From the NCBI GenBank assembly GCA_963665295.1, contig OY762209.1, positions 5,120,001 through 5,184,000 on the forward strand: a DNA stretch of 64,000 bases, written 5' to 3'. This DNA is from Syntrophorhabdaceae bacterium. GTDB taxonomy: Bacteria > Desulfobacterota > Syntrophorhabdia > Syntrophorhabdales > Syntrophorhabdaceae. The position numbers and the translations under genes were made by a program. Below, piece after piece: positions 49,779 to 58,190 of this stretch. The notes beneath the pieces are model-generated. The model had not been told where the DNA came from. It saw only the letters and a program-made list of their open reading frames with translations, and searched no databases. Each line of letters starts with the position of its first letter. The first letter of the stretch is position 1.

Positions 49779-50624
49779 TCAGAAGAGCGATGTTTTGATG
49801 TACACGGCCAGGCTGAAGGTGCTGCCGGCCGATGTATTCTTACCATAAAGTTCCTTTATATACGAGCCCTCCAGTCCCCACGTCGGCCTCACTTTGTAAC
49901 CCAGGGCAAGATCGAGCTTGCCCAGGTCAAAATTATTCGTCGCCGTGGGATTGCCCCAACTTCCCATATTCGATCCGTTGTTGGCGCTTAAAGTCCCATC
50001 AAGCTTGGCCCTGCCGTAAAGCGGGGTTTTGCCGAAGTCCGAGCCGACTTCGGCGAGATAGCGGAACTCGTTTGACGGCGCTCCTGCCCGCCACCGATAC
50101 CCGGCCTCGATATTGCCGTAGCCCGGAATGAGAGGCCAGAAGGAGCGGCCGTAGAGCACTCTGGCTTCAAGATCATACTGGCCGTTGCCGAGCGGAAGAG
50201 CGTCGGTGCTGCCATAGAGACCCGGCACCTTGACGAGGACCTGCGTTGAAACAACGCCTTGTTTACCCTCAAGAAGCTTTATTCGGGCGCCGAGGTCGAT
50301 ATCGCCGAAACTCCTCGCGGCGAAATTGCCGCCCGTATAGTCGTTATGGAGCCATTTGTAGCTGAAGGAGGTGATGGCGGTGACGTAGTCGGTGATACCT
50401 ATCTCAAAATAATTACTGATGTTGCGGTCCTTGAACCTCCCATTGTTCGGGGTCCTTACCCGGTCTTTCGAAGAATCGAAGACATGGTCGGCATAGTAGT
50501 AGTTGAAGGCTATCTTCTCGTAGAAAACTCCCTTCGGCTGCGTCCAGGCGCCGGCAAATACGTTGGAAGAAAGGGCGGTAGCAAGGAGTAACATGACGAT
50601 AAAAGTTAACGAGGGTAATCTCAA
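49779..50624 (-). CDS. Putative outer-membrane beta-barrel/transporter
   Basis: Signal peptide ending AGAW, amphipathic strands, FGDIDLGAR, PLGNGQYD, terminal Phe. Confidence 0.65.
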   Translation of the reverse strand: MRLPSLTFIVMLLLATALSSNVFAGAWTQPKGVFYEKIAFNYYYADHVFDSSKDRVRTPNNGRFKDRNISNYFEIGITDYVTAITSFSYKWLHNDYTGGNFAARSFGDIDLGARIKLLEGKQGVVSTQVLVKVPGLYGSTDALPLGNGQYDLEARVLYGRSFWPLIPGYGNIEAGYRWRAGAPSNEFRYLAEVGSDFGKTPLYGRAKLDGTLSANNGSNMGSWGNPTATNNFDLGKLDLALGYKVRPTWGLEGSYIKELYGKNTSAGSTFSLAVYIKTSLF

Positions 50625-50644
50625 CTTATTCCTCCAAGAATATA

Positions 50645-50680
50645 CCGGGAAGGGCAGGCGGTGGTCCGCCCGTCCTTCCC
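50645..50680 (-). other. Intra-operonic GC-rich hairpin (mRNA stabiliser/partial terminator)
   Basis: CCGGGAAGG-GCAGGCGG...CCGCCCGT-CCTTCCCGG inverted repeat between rhodanese and barrel genes. Confidence 0.55.
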
Positions 50681-50711
50681 GGCGGGTTCTCTTGCGTGGT
50701 CCCGTTCGGTC

Positions 50712-51773
50712 TTAAGGGGTTACCGCGGGATAAACTGTGGGATCCTGCCTGCTCCATTCACTCCAGGAGCCCTGATAATGCCTTACGGAGGTATAGCCGA
50801 GGCCAAGGAGGAGATGGGTTACATGAGCCGAGCGGAAACCACCCTCACAATAGGGAACGGCCGTCTTGTCCTTGGTTATCTCAAGCCCGGTAAACAGGGT
50901 GCGGAGGTCCGCCTCGCTCTTGAGTATCTTGATGGGCAATCCCGTGTCCGTATCGACAACCCCCGTGTCCGTGAATACATCTGTCCAGTTAAGGGCGACT
51001 GCATCGGGAATGTGGCCGCTCCTCGGGTTTCCCGACTTCACATCGGTGCCGGCATATTCACCCGGCGTGCGGGCGTCAACGAGCACGGTTCCCGTGACTT
51101 CACCGTTGACTACGGACAATACGTCGTATCTCGTAGCCAGGATATCCGCATAGGCGCTCAGGACGTAAGGCTTTGCGGTGGGATTGGGCGTCGGCAGGGT
51201 CGGGGTGGTGGTCAGATATTTCGCGCTCGTATTCTTGTCCACGAACTTCCATTTGGGAAAACCGCCGTCCATGTTATAGGCTTTCTGGTGACCATAGAGC
51301 TTGAGCGTCCAGACAAGCCGCGCCGACAGGCCCCAGTCGGCGTCGTCGGCATCGCCATAAGTGACGACGGTGGTGCTGGCCGATTTAATGCCCCAACTGT
51401 TCACCAGCTTGATAAACTCGGTGGGAGTCGGGGTCATGTAATGTATGATGGTCCCGTCGGTTCCCTCGGTTCTATTAACAAAATAGGTTGAACTGGGGAC
51501 ATTGATGGCCCCTTTGATGTGACCTGCGGCATATTTCGTGGCGCTACGGGTGTCGATAAGGAGAATTCCCCCCAGATGCGATTTTACCCATGCAGTGGTG
51601 ACGAAATATTTGCTGAACTGGGTGCTGAACTTCTGAGCCGGTGTTGCCCCTTTCTGTTCATACGTTTCGGAGCCGGACGCCGGTCCATCGGCCCTGACCA
51701 CGGGTATGAAGATCGATGAGAGCAGCATTAATACAGCAATAGGTACGATAACAAGACTGGTAACACGTTTCAT
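50712..51773 (-). CDS. Exported tandem-domain rhodanese/sulfurtransferase
   Basis: AGGAGGA RBS, signal peptide, GHIKGA, VDARTPGEY.G, RSGHIPDA, YCEGGFRSA, YQGSWSEWS. Confidence 0.9.
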   Translation of the reverse strand: MKRVTSLVIVPIAVLMLLSSIFIPVVRADGPASGSETYEQKGATPAQKFSTQFSKYFVTTAWVKSHLGGILLIDTRSATKYAAGHIKGAINVPSSTYFVNRTEGTDGTIIHYMTPTPTEFIKLVNSWGIKSASTTVVTYGDADDADWGLSARLVWTLKLYGHQKAYNMDGGFPKWKFVDKNTSAKYLTTTPTLPTPNPTAKPYVLSAYADILATRYDVLSVVNGEVTGTVLVDARTPGEYAGTDVKSGNPRSGHIPDAVALNWTDVFTDTGVVDTDTGLPIKILKSEADLRTLFTGLEITKDKTAVPYCEGGFRSAHVTHLLLGLGYTSVRHYQGSWSEWSRQDPTVYPAVTP

Positions 51774-52173
51774 AAGCGCTTCCTCCTTATGTAATTGAAT
51801 GCCGTTACACCTGAATTTCACTGGCATTGCTCGCCTTGACGGAGATCCCGGAGCGGGCCCTGACCCGGCCCATGGGGAAGACCGGCGTGGTCACTTTTCA
51901 ATGCGTGCCCGGCCTCGACCCCGACCGGTGCTGCGGGCTCAGAAATAAAGTCGAGGAGATACAGAGGAGGTCCCTGTCGAAATCCGCACGGGCCACCGGT
52001 CAAATCAACATTTCATTCCCGCAGAAAGGCACGGCCTTCAAAAGCTCCTGTCTTTAGTTTGTTATTACTATCATAGGGTAGATGAATTAGTCAATAATTT
52101 ATTATTACTCTGATATACAAAATGAATCAGTAAACCGGGTAAATCAAAAAGCCTTATAGGAGGCCAATCGCCG

Positions 52174-52203
52174 TTGACTCGCGAAGGCCGGTTAATGTAG
52201 ATT
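52174..52203 (+). promoter_or_regulatory. Putative sigma70 promoter for B12-radical SAM gene
   Basis: TTGACT-N18-TAGATT. Confidence 0.4.
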
Positions 52204-52259
52204 AGAAATACGCCCGGCATCGAGGCGGCGCTCTCCAAAGGTAAGGAAAACAGAATACG

Positions 52260-53687
52260 GTGAAACTTCTCTTTCTCTCCTTCGACTACCTCACCCAACC
52301 ATTGGGGATCGCCACTCTTTCCGCGGCCCTTCATCAGGCGGGGCACCATGCCGAAGTTGCCTCCCTCGGCGATAAAACGCGACAGGAATCACTCTTAAGA
52401 GATTTCAAACCCCATATCCTCTGTCTCTCGCTGGTCACGGGTCAACATCCCCTGTTCCTTGAAAGGGCGCGGCAGATAAAGGCCGGGTACCCGCACCTTC
52501 TGGTGCTGGCCGGGGGTCCGCACCCCACCTTCTATCCGGAATGCATAGGAGAACCCTGCATCGACGCGCTCTGTCGGGGGGAGGGCGACGTTGCTTTGCC
52601 GGCCCTTGTCGATGCCGTGGACCGGACGGGCGCCATGCCGGAAAGCCTTGCAAACTGGTGGATCAAAGGGCATGACGGCTCCATTTCCCGTAGCCATGTC
52701 GCAGCCCTCGTCAATAACCTTGACCGCCTCCCCTTTCCCGACCGCGACATCTTCGACAGGGCTCGTCCGGGCCCCGCGCCGGTGACCGTCTTTGTCATGG
52801 CGTCGCGGGGCTGTCCTTTCAACTGCAGCTACTGCTTCAATCATGCGTACCGAAAGCTGTATCAGGGGCAGGGCGTCATGTGCCGCAGGCGGACCGTGGG
52901 CAATGTGATCGCCGAGATCAAAACGTTGCGGAAGCGCTACCCCTTGCAGATGGTGGTGTTCCAGGACGACACCTTCAACCTCGACAAGACATGGCTACGG
53001 GAGTTCGCGAAAGAATACGGGAGGGAGATAGACCTGCCGTTTCACTGCCATCTCCGTGCCGATCTTCTCGACGCCGAGACCGCGTACCTGTTGCGGCGGG
53101 CCGGTTGTCTTTCGGTCAAGCTCGGCCTCGAAGCCGGTCGCGAAGAGGTGCGTAACGGCATTTTGAAACGGGGCATGACGCTCCGGCAGTTCGAGAATGC
53201 CTGCACGCTGCTTACGCAGAGCGGTATCCGTCTTGCGACCGAGAATATTCTTGCAACGCCGGGCACAACCCTCGAAGACGACCTCTTCACCTATTCCGTC
53301 AACCGGCGCGTGAGGCCCCGGCACAGTTTTGCCACCCTCATGCAGATCTATCCGCGGACCGATATCGCCTCCTACGCCCTTGAGCACGGGTTTGCGGCTG
53401 CACCGGTTACGGATTTTCCCGCCACGTTCTACGAAGACTCGGCCGTCACCATCACGGATAAGGATAAGCGGGGCAGACTCCGGGCCCTCTTTGCCCTGGC
53501 CGTGAGCCTGAACCTGCCGCTCCGTGTGGTACGACTGCTGCTTGCACTGCCCTTCAGGGGAGTATATGAGTTTGTGGACCGGCTCTGGAAGGGGTACTGC
53601 CTGAGATTCCGCATCTACCCTTACACGCAAAGCATGGGAAGCTTTATGAGGGACGTGGGGAGCTACCTCCGGGGGAAATACTATTGA
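52260..53687 (+). CDS. Cobalamin-binding radical SAM protein
   Basis: QPLGIATLSA, AGGPHPT, GEGD, LPFPDR, SRGCPFNCSYC, FQDDTF, GLEAG. Confidence 0.9.
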   Translation: MKLLFLSFDYLTQPLGIATLSAALHQAGHHAEVASLGDKTRQESLLRDFKPHILCLSLVTGQHPLFLERARQIKAGYPHLLVLAGGPHPTFYPECIGEPCIDALCRGEGDVALPALVDAVDRTGAMPESLANWWIKGHDGSISRSHVAALVNNLDRLPFPDRDIFDRARPGPAPVTVFVMASRGCPFNCSYCFNHAYRKLYQGQGVMCRRRTVGNVIAEIKTLRKRYPLQMVVFQDDTFNLDKTWLREFAKEYGREIDLPFHCHLRADLLDAETAYLLRRAGCLSVKLGLEAGREEVRNGILKRGMTLRQFENACTLLTQSGIRLATENILATPGTTLEDDLFTYSVNRRVRPRHSFATLMQIYPRTDIASYALEHGFAAAPVTDFPATFYEDSAVTITDKDKRGRLRALFALAVSLNLPLRVVRLLLALPFRGVYEFVDRLWKGYCLRFRIYPYTQSMGSFMRDVGSYLRGKYY

Positions 53688-53765
53688 CCCCGTCCTTCGG
53701 TTGTCCTCTCCGTGCCGCCCGGGGGCGGGCTCGACATATGTTCCGCAACAGGAAAGGGGTCACCA

Positions 53766-55127
53766 ATGGGCTTCGGTAGTCATATCCTCATATTCGCCCG
53801 ATACCCGGAGCCGGGAAAAGCCAAGACACGGCTTATTCCCGCCCTCGGGCCCGTGGGCGCGGCGCGGTTGCACCGGCGGATGACTGAAAAGGCGGTGGCC
53901 ACGGCGCGGGCCGGACTCGCGTCCTCCCGGGAAGTCGGTGCCCGCATACTGGTTTGTTGCACCGGGGCGCCTCCCGGCGCTTTCCGGGCGTGGTTGGGAG
54001 AGGACCTCCTTTACGCGGCCCAGCCTTCCGGGGACCTGGGCATCCGTATGGGCCGGGCCTTCAAGTCCGCCCTGCGCCATGGCGCGCCTGCCCTGGCCAT
54101 CGGTTCCGACGTGCCCGCCATAACCCCCGCGATCCTCGCTCAGGCCTTCGAAAGTCTGCATGATCATGATGTCGTTCTCGGACCGGCCGGGGACGGCGGC
54201 TATTATCTCATAGGGCTAAAACGCTTTAACCCGGAGTTGTTCTCAGGCATCGAGTGGGGAACGGGGGAAGTGTGGAATCAGACCTGCCACGTCCTTTCAA
54301 GGCAGGGACTGAAAGTTGCCCGGTTGCCGGTATTGAGCGATGTGGACCGCCCCCGGGACCTTCCCCCGCTGCGGGGCGATTCGCTCTTCGCGGACTGCTT
54401 CACGGGTAAAACACCACTTTCCATTGTCATCCCCACACTCAATGAGGCGGACGGCCTCGGCGGAGTACTCGAACGCCTTCATAAGGCAGCCGCCGCCCAA
54501 ATTATCGTGGCGGACGGCGGAAGCACGGATCAAACCCGGGAAATAGCCGCGCAGGCAGGCGCCCTTGTAATGGAAGTGCCGGGAGGCAGGGCCTGCCAGC
54601 AGAACGCCGGGGCGGCGGCTGCCGGCGGGCGCCTGCTCCTGTTCCTTCACGCAGACACGCTGCTACCCGAAAACTACGCCGACCTTATCCGGGAGACACT
54701 GGACAACCCTTCTATCGTGGCCGGGGCGTTCCGGTTTCAGACGGATGCTCCCGGTATGGCCATGCGCTTCATTGAATGGACCGCCAACCTGAGATCGGTC
54801 CTCATGCAGGCCCCATACGGAGATCAGGGTTTGTTCATGGAGAAGAGGGTGTTTCAGGAAATGGGCGGGTTCGCGCCTTTACCGGTCATGGAGGACTTTG
54901 ATCTCGTCCGCCGGCTCAGGCGCCGTGGCGCCGTAACAACCCTTCGCGCCGGTGCGGTCACCTCGGCGCGGCGCTGGCGGCAACTCGGTGTAATCCGCAC
55001 GACCGTGACCAACATGCTCATGGTGGGAGGTTTCTTTTGCGGCGTGCCGGTGGAAAAGTTGAGCCGCCTCTACCGGAAGGGCGGGGCCTCTCCCCCCGGC
55101 CCCGCCCCGAACGGCCCCGGTTCCTGA
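53766..55127 (+). CDS. Fusion of TIGR04282-like (DUF2064/CofC-like) and TIGR04283-like GT2 domains
   Basis: IFARYPEPGKAKTRL, Q.SGDLG.RM, IGSD.P, LGPA.DGGYYLIG, DVDRP.DL; then SIVIPTLNEA, GRA.Q.NAGA, FLHADT, PYGDQGLF, MED, TSARRW. Confidence 0.88.
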   Translation: MGFGSHILIFARYPEPGKAKTRLIPALGPVGAARLHRRMTEKAVATARAGLASSREVGARILVCCTGAPPGAFRAWLGEDLLYAAQPSGDLGIRMGRAFKSALRHGAPALAIGSDVPAITPAILAQAFESLHDHDVVLGPAGDGGYYLIGLKRFNPELFSGIEWGTGEVWNQTCHVLSRQGLKVARLPVLSDVDRPRDLPPLRGDSLFADCFTGKTPLSIVIPTLNEADGLGGVLERLHKAAAAQIIVADGGSTDQTREIAAQAGALVMEVPGGRACQQNAGAAAAGGRLLLFLHADTLLPENYADLIRETLDNPSIVAGAFRFQTDAPGMAMRFIEWTANLRSVLMQAPYGDQGLFMEKRVFQEMGGFAPLPVMEDFDLVRRLRRRGAVTTLRAGAVTSARRWRQLGVIRTTVTNMLMVGGFFCGVPVEKLSRLYRKGGASPPGPAPNGPGS

Positions 55128-55442
55128 GGAACCATCAGTCCTCCCGGCCCGGTATCCACCGGCCGCTTCACGTGTTTTCCTGAATGCCTGTGGATTTGTC
55201 GACTCAGTTCTGCTGAAGCTTTTCGCCAAACAAGGGAAATATCTTCCTATTCCGCTCATTAATAGATTTTCAAATGCTATAAAATGTATTATAATAGATA
55301 CAGAAACGTTAGACTGGGAAGTGTCGGGTTACGTTGGGAAAAGGCATAAAGACGGCGGCAGGAAAATCACAGGCCCATGTGGTAACCGATAATTCTGCGC
55401 TGAGGAAAGGAGAAAATCATCACCACCACTCGCTGTGATGAC

Positions 55443-57620
55443 ATGGAGAAGGAAGAGACCGGCGCAGCCCGGGTGAATGGCGTCGAGGAGACTGAGAAGG
55501 CCCTCAAGGAAAGCGAGAAGAATTTCCAGGCCCTTCTCAACGCGACCACCGACATGGCATTCCTTATGGACACGAAGGGCCTCATTCTTGCCGCGAACGA
55601 GAACACCGCCCGGGTGTATGATACCACCATGGATACCCTCATCGGCGCGTGTGTCTACGATTTCATGCCCGACCAGGCCGCCCAGAAGTCCATAGCGAAG
55701 GCGGAAGGGGCCGTCAAGTCCCGGATGCACGTACGGTTCCAGGGAAATCTCAGGGGAAAGATCTTCGACAACAGCATCTATCCTGTCTTTGATGAAAACG
55801 GCAACGTCACGAGGCTCGCGGTATACGGCAGGGATATCACCGAGGCCCAAAGGGTACAGGACGCCCTCCGGAAAACGGAGGAAAAGTACCGGAACATATT
55901 TCACAATGCCACGGAAGGCATATTCCAGATTTCACCCGAGGGACATTTCATAAGCGCGAACCCGTCTCTCGCCCGCATACACGGTTACGAATCGCCCGAG
56001 GAACTCATGAGTTCGGTGGCAAGCGTGACCACGCTTTACGTGCATCCCGAAAAACTTCTTGATTTCACGCGCCTTCTTCACCAGAAGGATCATGTGTCCA
56101 ACTTCGAGACCCAGATGCGCCACAAAGACGGCAGCATCCAGTGGATATTGATCAACGCCCGGGCCGTGAGGGATGAAGACGGGCGGATACTCTACCTCGA
56201 AGGCACCATGCAGGACATCACGGAACGGAAGAGCGCGGAAGAGGCCCTTGCGGAAAGCGAGGAGAGGTACCGGACGGCCATCGAACATTCCAACGATGGA
56301 GTGTCCATCATCAAGGGCGATACCCATCTTTATGTGAACAGACGGTTCGTCGAGATGTTCGGCTACGACCGCCCTGAGGATATCGTGGGGAAACCCATAG
56401 AGATCACCGTCCATCCCGACGACGTGGCCATGGTCAAAGAGATCAACCTGCGCAGGCACCGCGACGCACCCAATCCGTCACGTTACGAATTCAAAGGCGT
56501 CACGCGGGACAAGAAGATTATTTACGTGGAGGTTTCCGCCACCAATATCACCTACCGGGGGGCGCCGGTTTCTCTGGTCTACCTGAGAGATATTACCGAG
56601 AGGAAACGCGCTGAAGAGGCGCTCAGGCAATCGCACCTCGAACTGGAGAGGCTCAACAGTGCAAAAACCAAGGCGGTGAACCACATCTCTCATGAGTTGA
56701 AAACCCCCCTTGCCGTGGTCCAGGGCAACATACGGATCCTTAAACGGAAGATCGAGAGTACTTCCTTTGCTGAAGGGGTACGGGGTAATATCGAGGTCCT
56801 CGAACGAAATCTCGAAAGGCTTTTCAGCATCTCGAAACAGACCGACGAGATCTTCCGCGTATCTCAGGAATTGGAGGCCGGGGTCGTTCTGAGCGACCTT
56901 GACCGTCTATGGGAAAGAATGGAAGGCTTTCCGGAAATGCCTCCCGAGGTACGCGCCGACTGGTCTCGCGTAAAAAGATGGATCAGCCGGTACATGTCCG
57001 GCAGCCCCCTCTCCTTTCAGTCCATCGACCTCTATCCTTTCCTCCAGTCCCTGGTGGAGAAGGTGAAACAGAAAGCGCGCCACAGGAAGATCAGGTATGT
57101 CGTCGAGGGGGAGAACGATCTCTACGTCTTCATGGAGCCCGATATCCTGGGCGACGTGCTCGAGGGACTTCTCAAGAACGCCATAGAGAATACCCCTGAC
57201 GGGGGCGTCATCAAGGTCGTGGCGGACCAGAAGGACGAGACCATTTTGGTCCACGTCACGGATTACGGCGTGGGGATCGTGAAAGAAAACATCCAGTATC
57301 TTTTCGACGGTCTCTTCGATACCCGTGAGACGGACCTCTATACGTCCAGGAAACCCTATGATTTCGGGGCGGGAGGCAAGGGATTCGACCTTCTCCGGAT
57401 AAAGATGTACGGGAAACGGTTCGGTTTTGACCTCTCCGTGGAGAGTTGCAGATGTAAATATATCCCTCACGACCAGGACCTGTGCCCCGGCGATGTCGCC
57501 GAATGCACCCTTTGCCGCACCCCGGAGGACTGCACGGAAAGCGGAGGGTCCACCTTTACCATCTCTTTTCCCCCTGAAGCGAAGAGAAAACAGGAAATGG
57601 CCGCCGGAGGACTGCTGTAG
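55443..57620 (+). CDS. Soluble triple-PAS histidine kinase with Cys-rich insert in HATPase domain
   Basis: Three PAS ends (RDITE, QDITE, RDITE), SHELKTPL, KNAIENT, DYGVGI, GKGFDL, CRC...C..C..C..C before GSTF. Confidence 0.9.
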   Translation: MEKEETGAARVNGVEETEKALKESEKNFQALLNATTDMAFLMDTKGLILAANENTARVYDTTMDTLIGACVYDFMPDQAAQKSIAKAEGAVKSRMHVRFQGNLRGKIFDNSIYPVFDENGNVTRLAVYGRDITEAQRVQDALRKTEEKYRNIFHNATEGIFQISPEGHFISANPSLARIHGYESPEELMSSVASVTTLYVHPEKLLDFTRLLHQKDHVSNFETQMRHKDGSIQWILINARAVRDEDGRILYLEGTMQDITERKSAEEALAESEERYRTAIEHSNDGVSIIKGDTHLYVNRRFVEMFGYDRPEDIVGKPIEITVHPDDVAMVKEINLRRHRDAPNPSRYEFKGVTRDKKIIYVEVSATNITYRGAPVSLVYLRDITERKRAEEALRQSHLELERLNSAKTKAVNHISHELKTPLAVVQGNIRILKRKIESTSFAEGVRGNIEVLERNLERLFSISKQTDEIFRVSQELEAGVVLSDLDRLWERMEGFPEMPPEVRADWSRVKRWISRYMSGSPLSFQSIDLYPFLQSLVEKVKQKARHRKIRYVVEGENDLYVFMEPDILGDVLEGLLKNAIENTPDGGVIKVVADQKDETILVHVTDYGVGIVKENIQYLFDGLFDTRETDLYTSRKPYDFGAGGKGFDLLRIKMYGKRFGFDLSVESCRCKYIPHDQDLCPGDVAECTLCRTPEDCTESGGSTFTISFPPEAKRKQEMAAGGLL

Positions 57621-57901
57621 CGGTTTTCCCCGCCCCTGTTCCGGATTAGCCGCGGCGCCGGGGGGTGCGTTTTCCCTTCAATCCGATCAACCTGCGGCTA
57701 CCGAACTTTTTTACTGCAATATCTTTATAAAAGGTGGTAAGATTTAGTCTCATGAGGACAGGACAATTGATAAGGAACGGCAGAGCGAGGCTGAAGGCTT
57801 CCGTGGGCCGGCGGCATGGGATGCAACTGGTTGACCTCTTCGTCGATCACACACCCGACACCGGAAATATACGGATAATAGGCGGTTACGGACCGATCAC
57901 C

Positions 57902-58156
57902 ATGTCCGACCATCTCAAGCTCATCCTCACTCCCTTTGCGTGTTCGGACTGCGGGTCCCAAAATGTCACGAGCAGCTACCGGCCCAGTATGAAACAGTGG
58001 CTTCTTAAGTTTTCGGGAAGGAAGATCTTCCTCTGCAGCGACTGCGGCGCCACGCAGGTGGTTAAGGTCCGCAGGTGCGAGTGGGAGACCATCGGAACCT
58101 TTGCCGCCATAGCCGTGGCCTTCCTCGCCTTGACCCTTCATTGGGCTTTTCGGTAA
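57902..58156 (+). CDS. Small zinc-ribbon protein with C-terminal TM helix
   Basis: CSDCG twice, hydrophobic C-terminus; start uncertain. Confidence 0.6.
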   Translation: MSDHLKLILTPFACSDCGSQNVTSSYRPSMKQWLLKFSGRKIFLCSDCGATQVVKVRRCEWETIGTFAAIAVAFLALTLHWAFR

Positions 58157-58190
58157 CTGGTGTATTCTCATCTCACGTAGGGGGTTTCAC

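Noticed and set aside
51805..52041. Possible 78-codon minus-strand selenoprotein with two in-frame TGA codons
   Set aside because: RBS only 3 nt from the TTG, no recognisable redox motif or family resemblance; more likely UTR.
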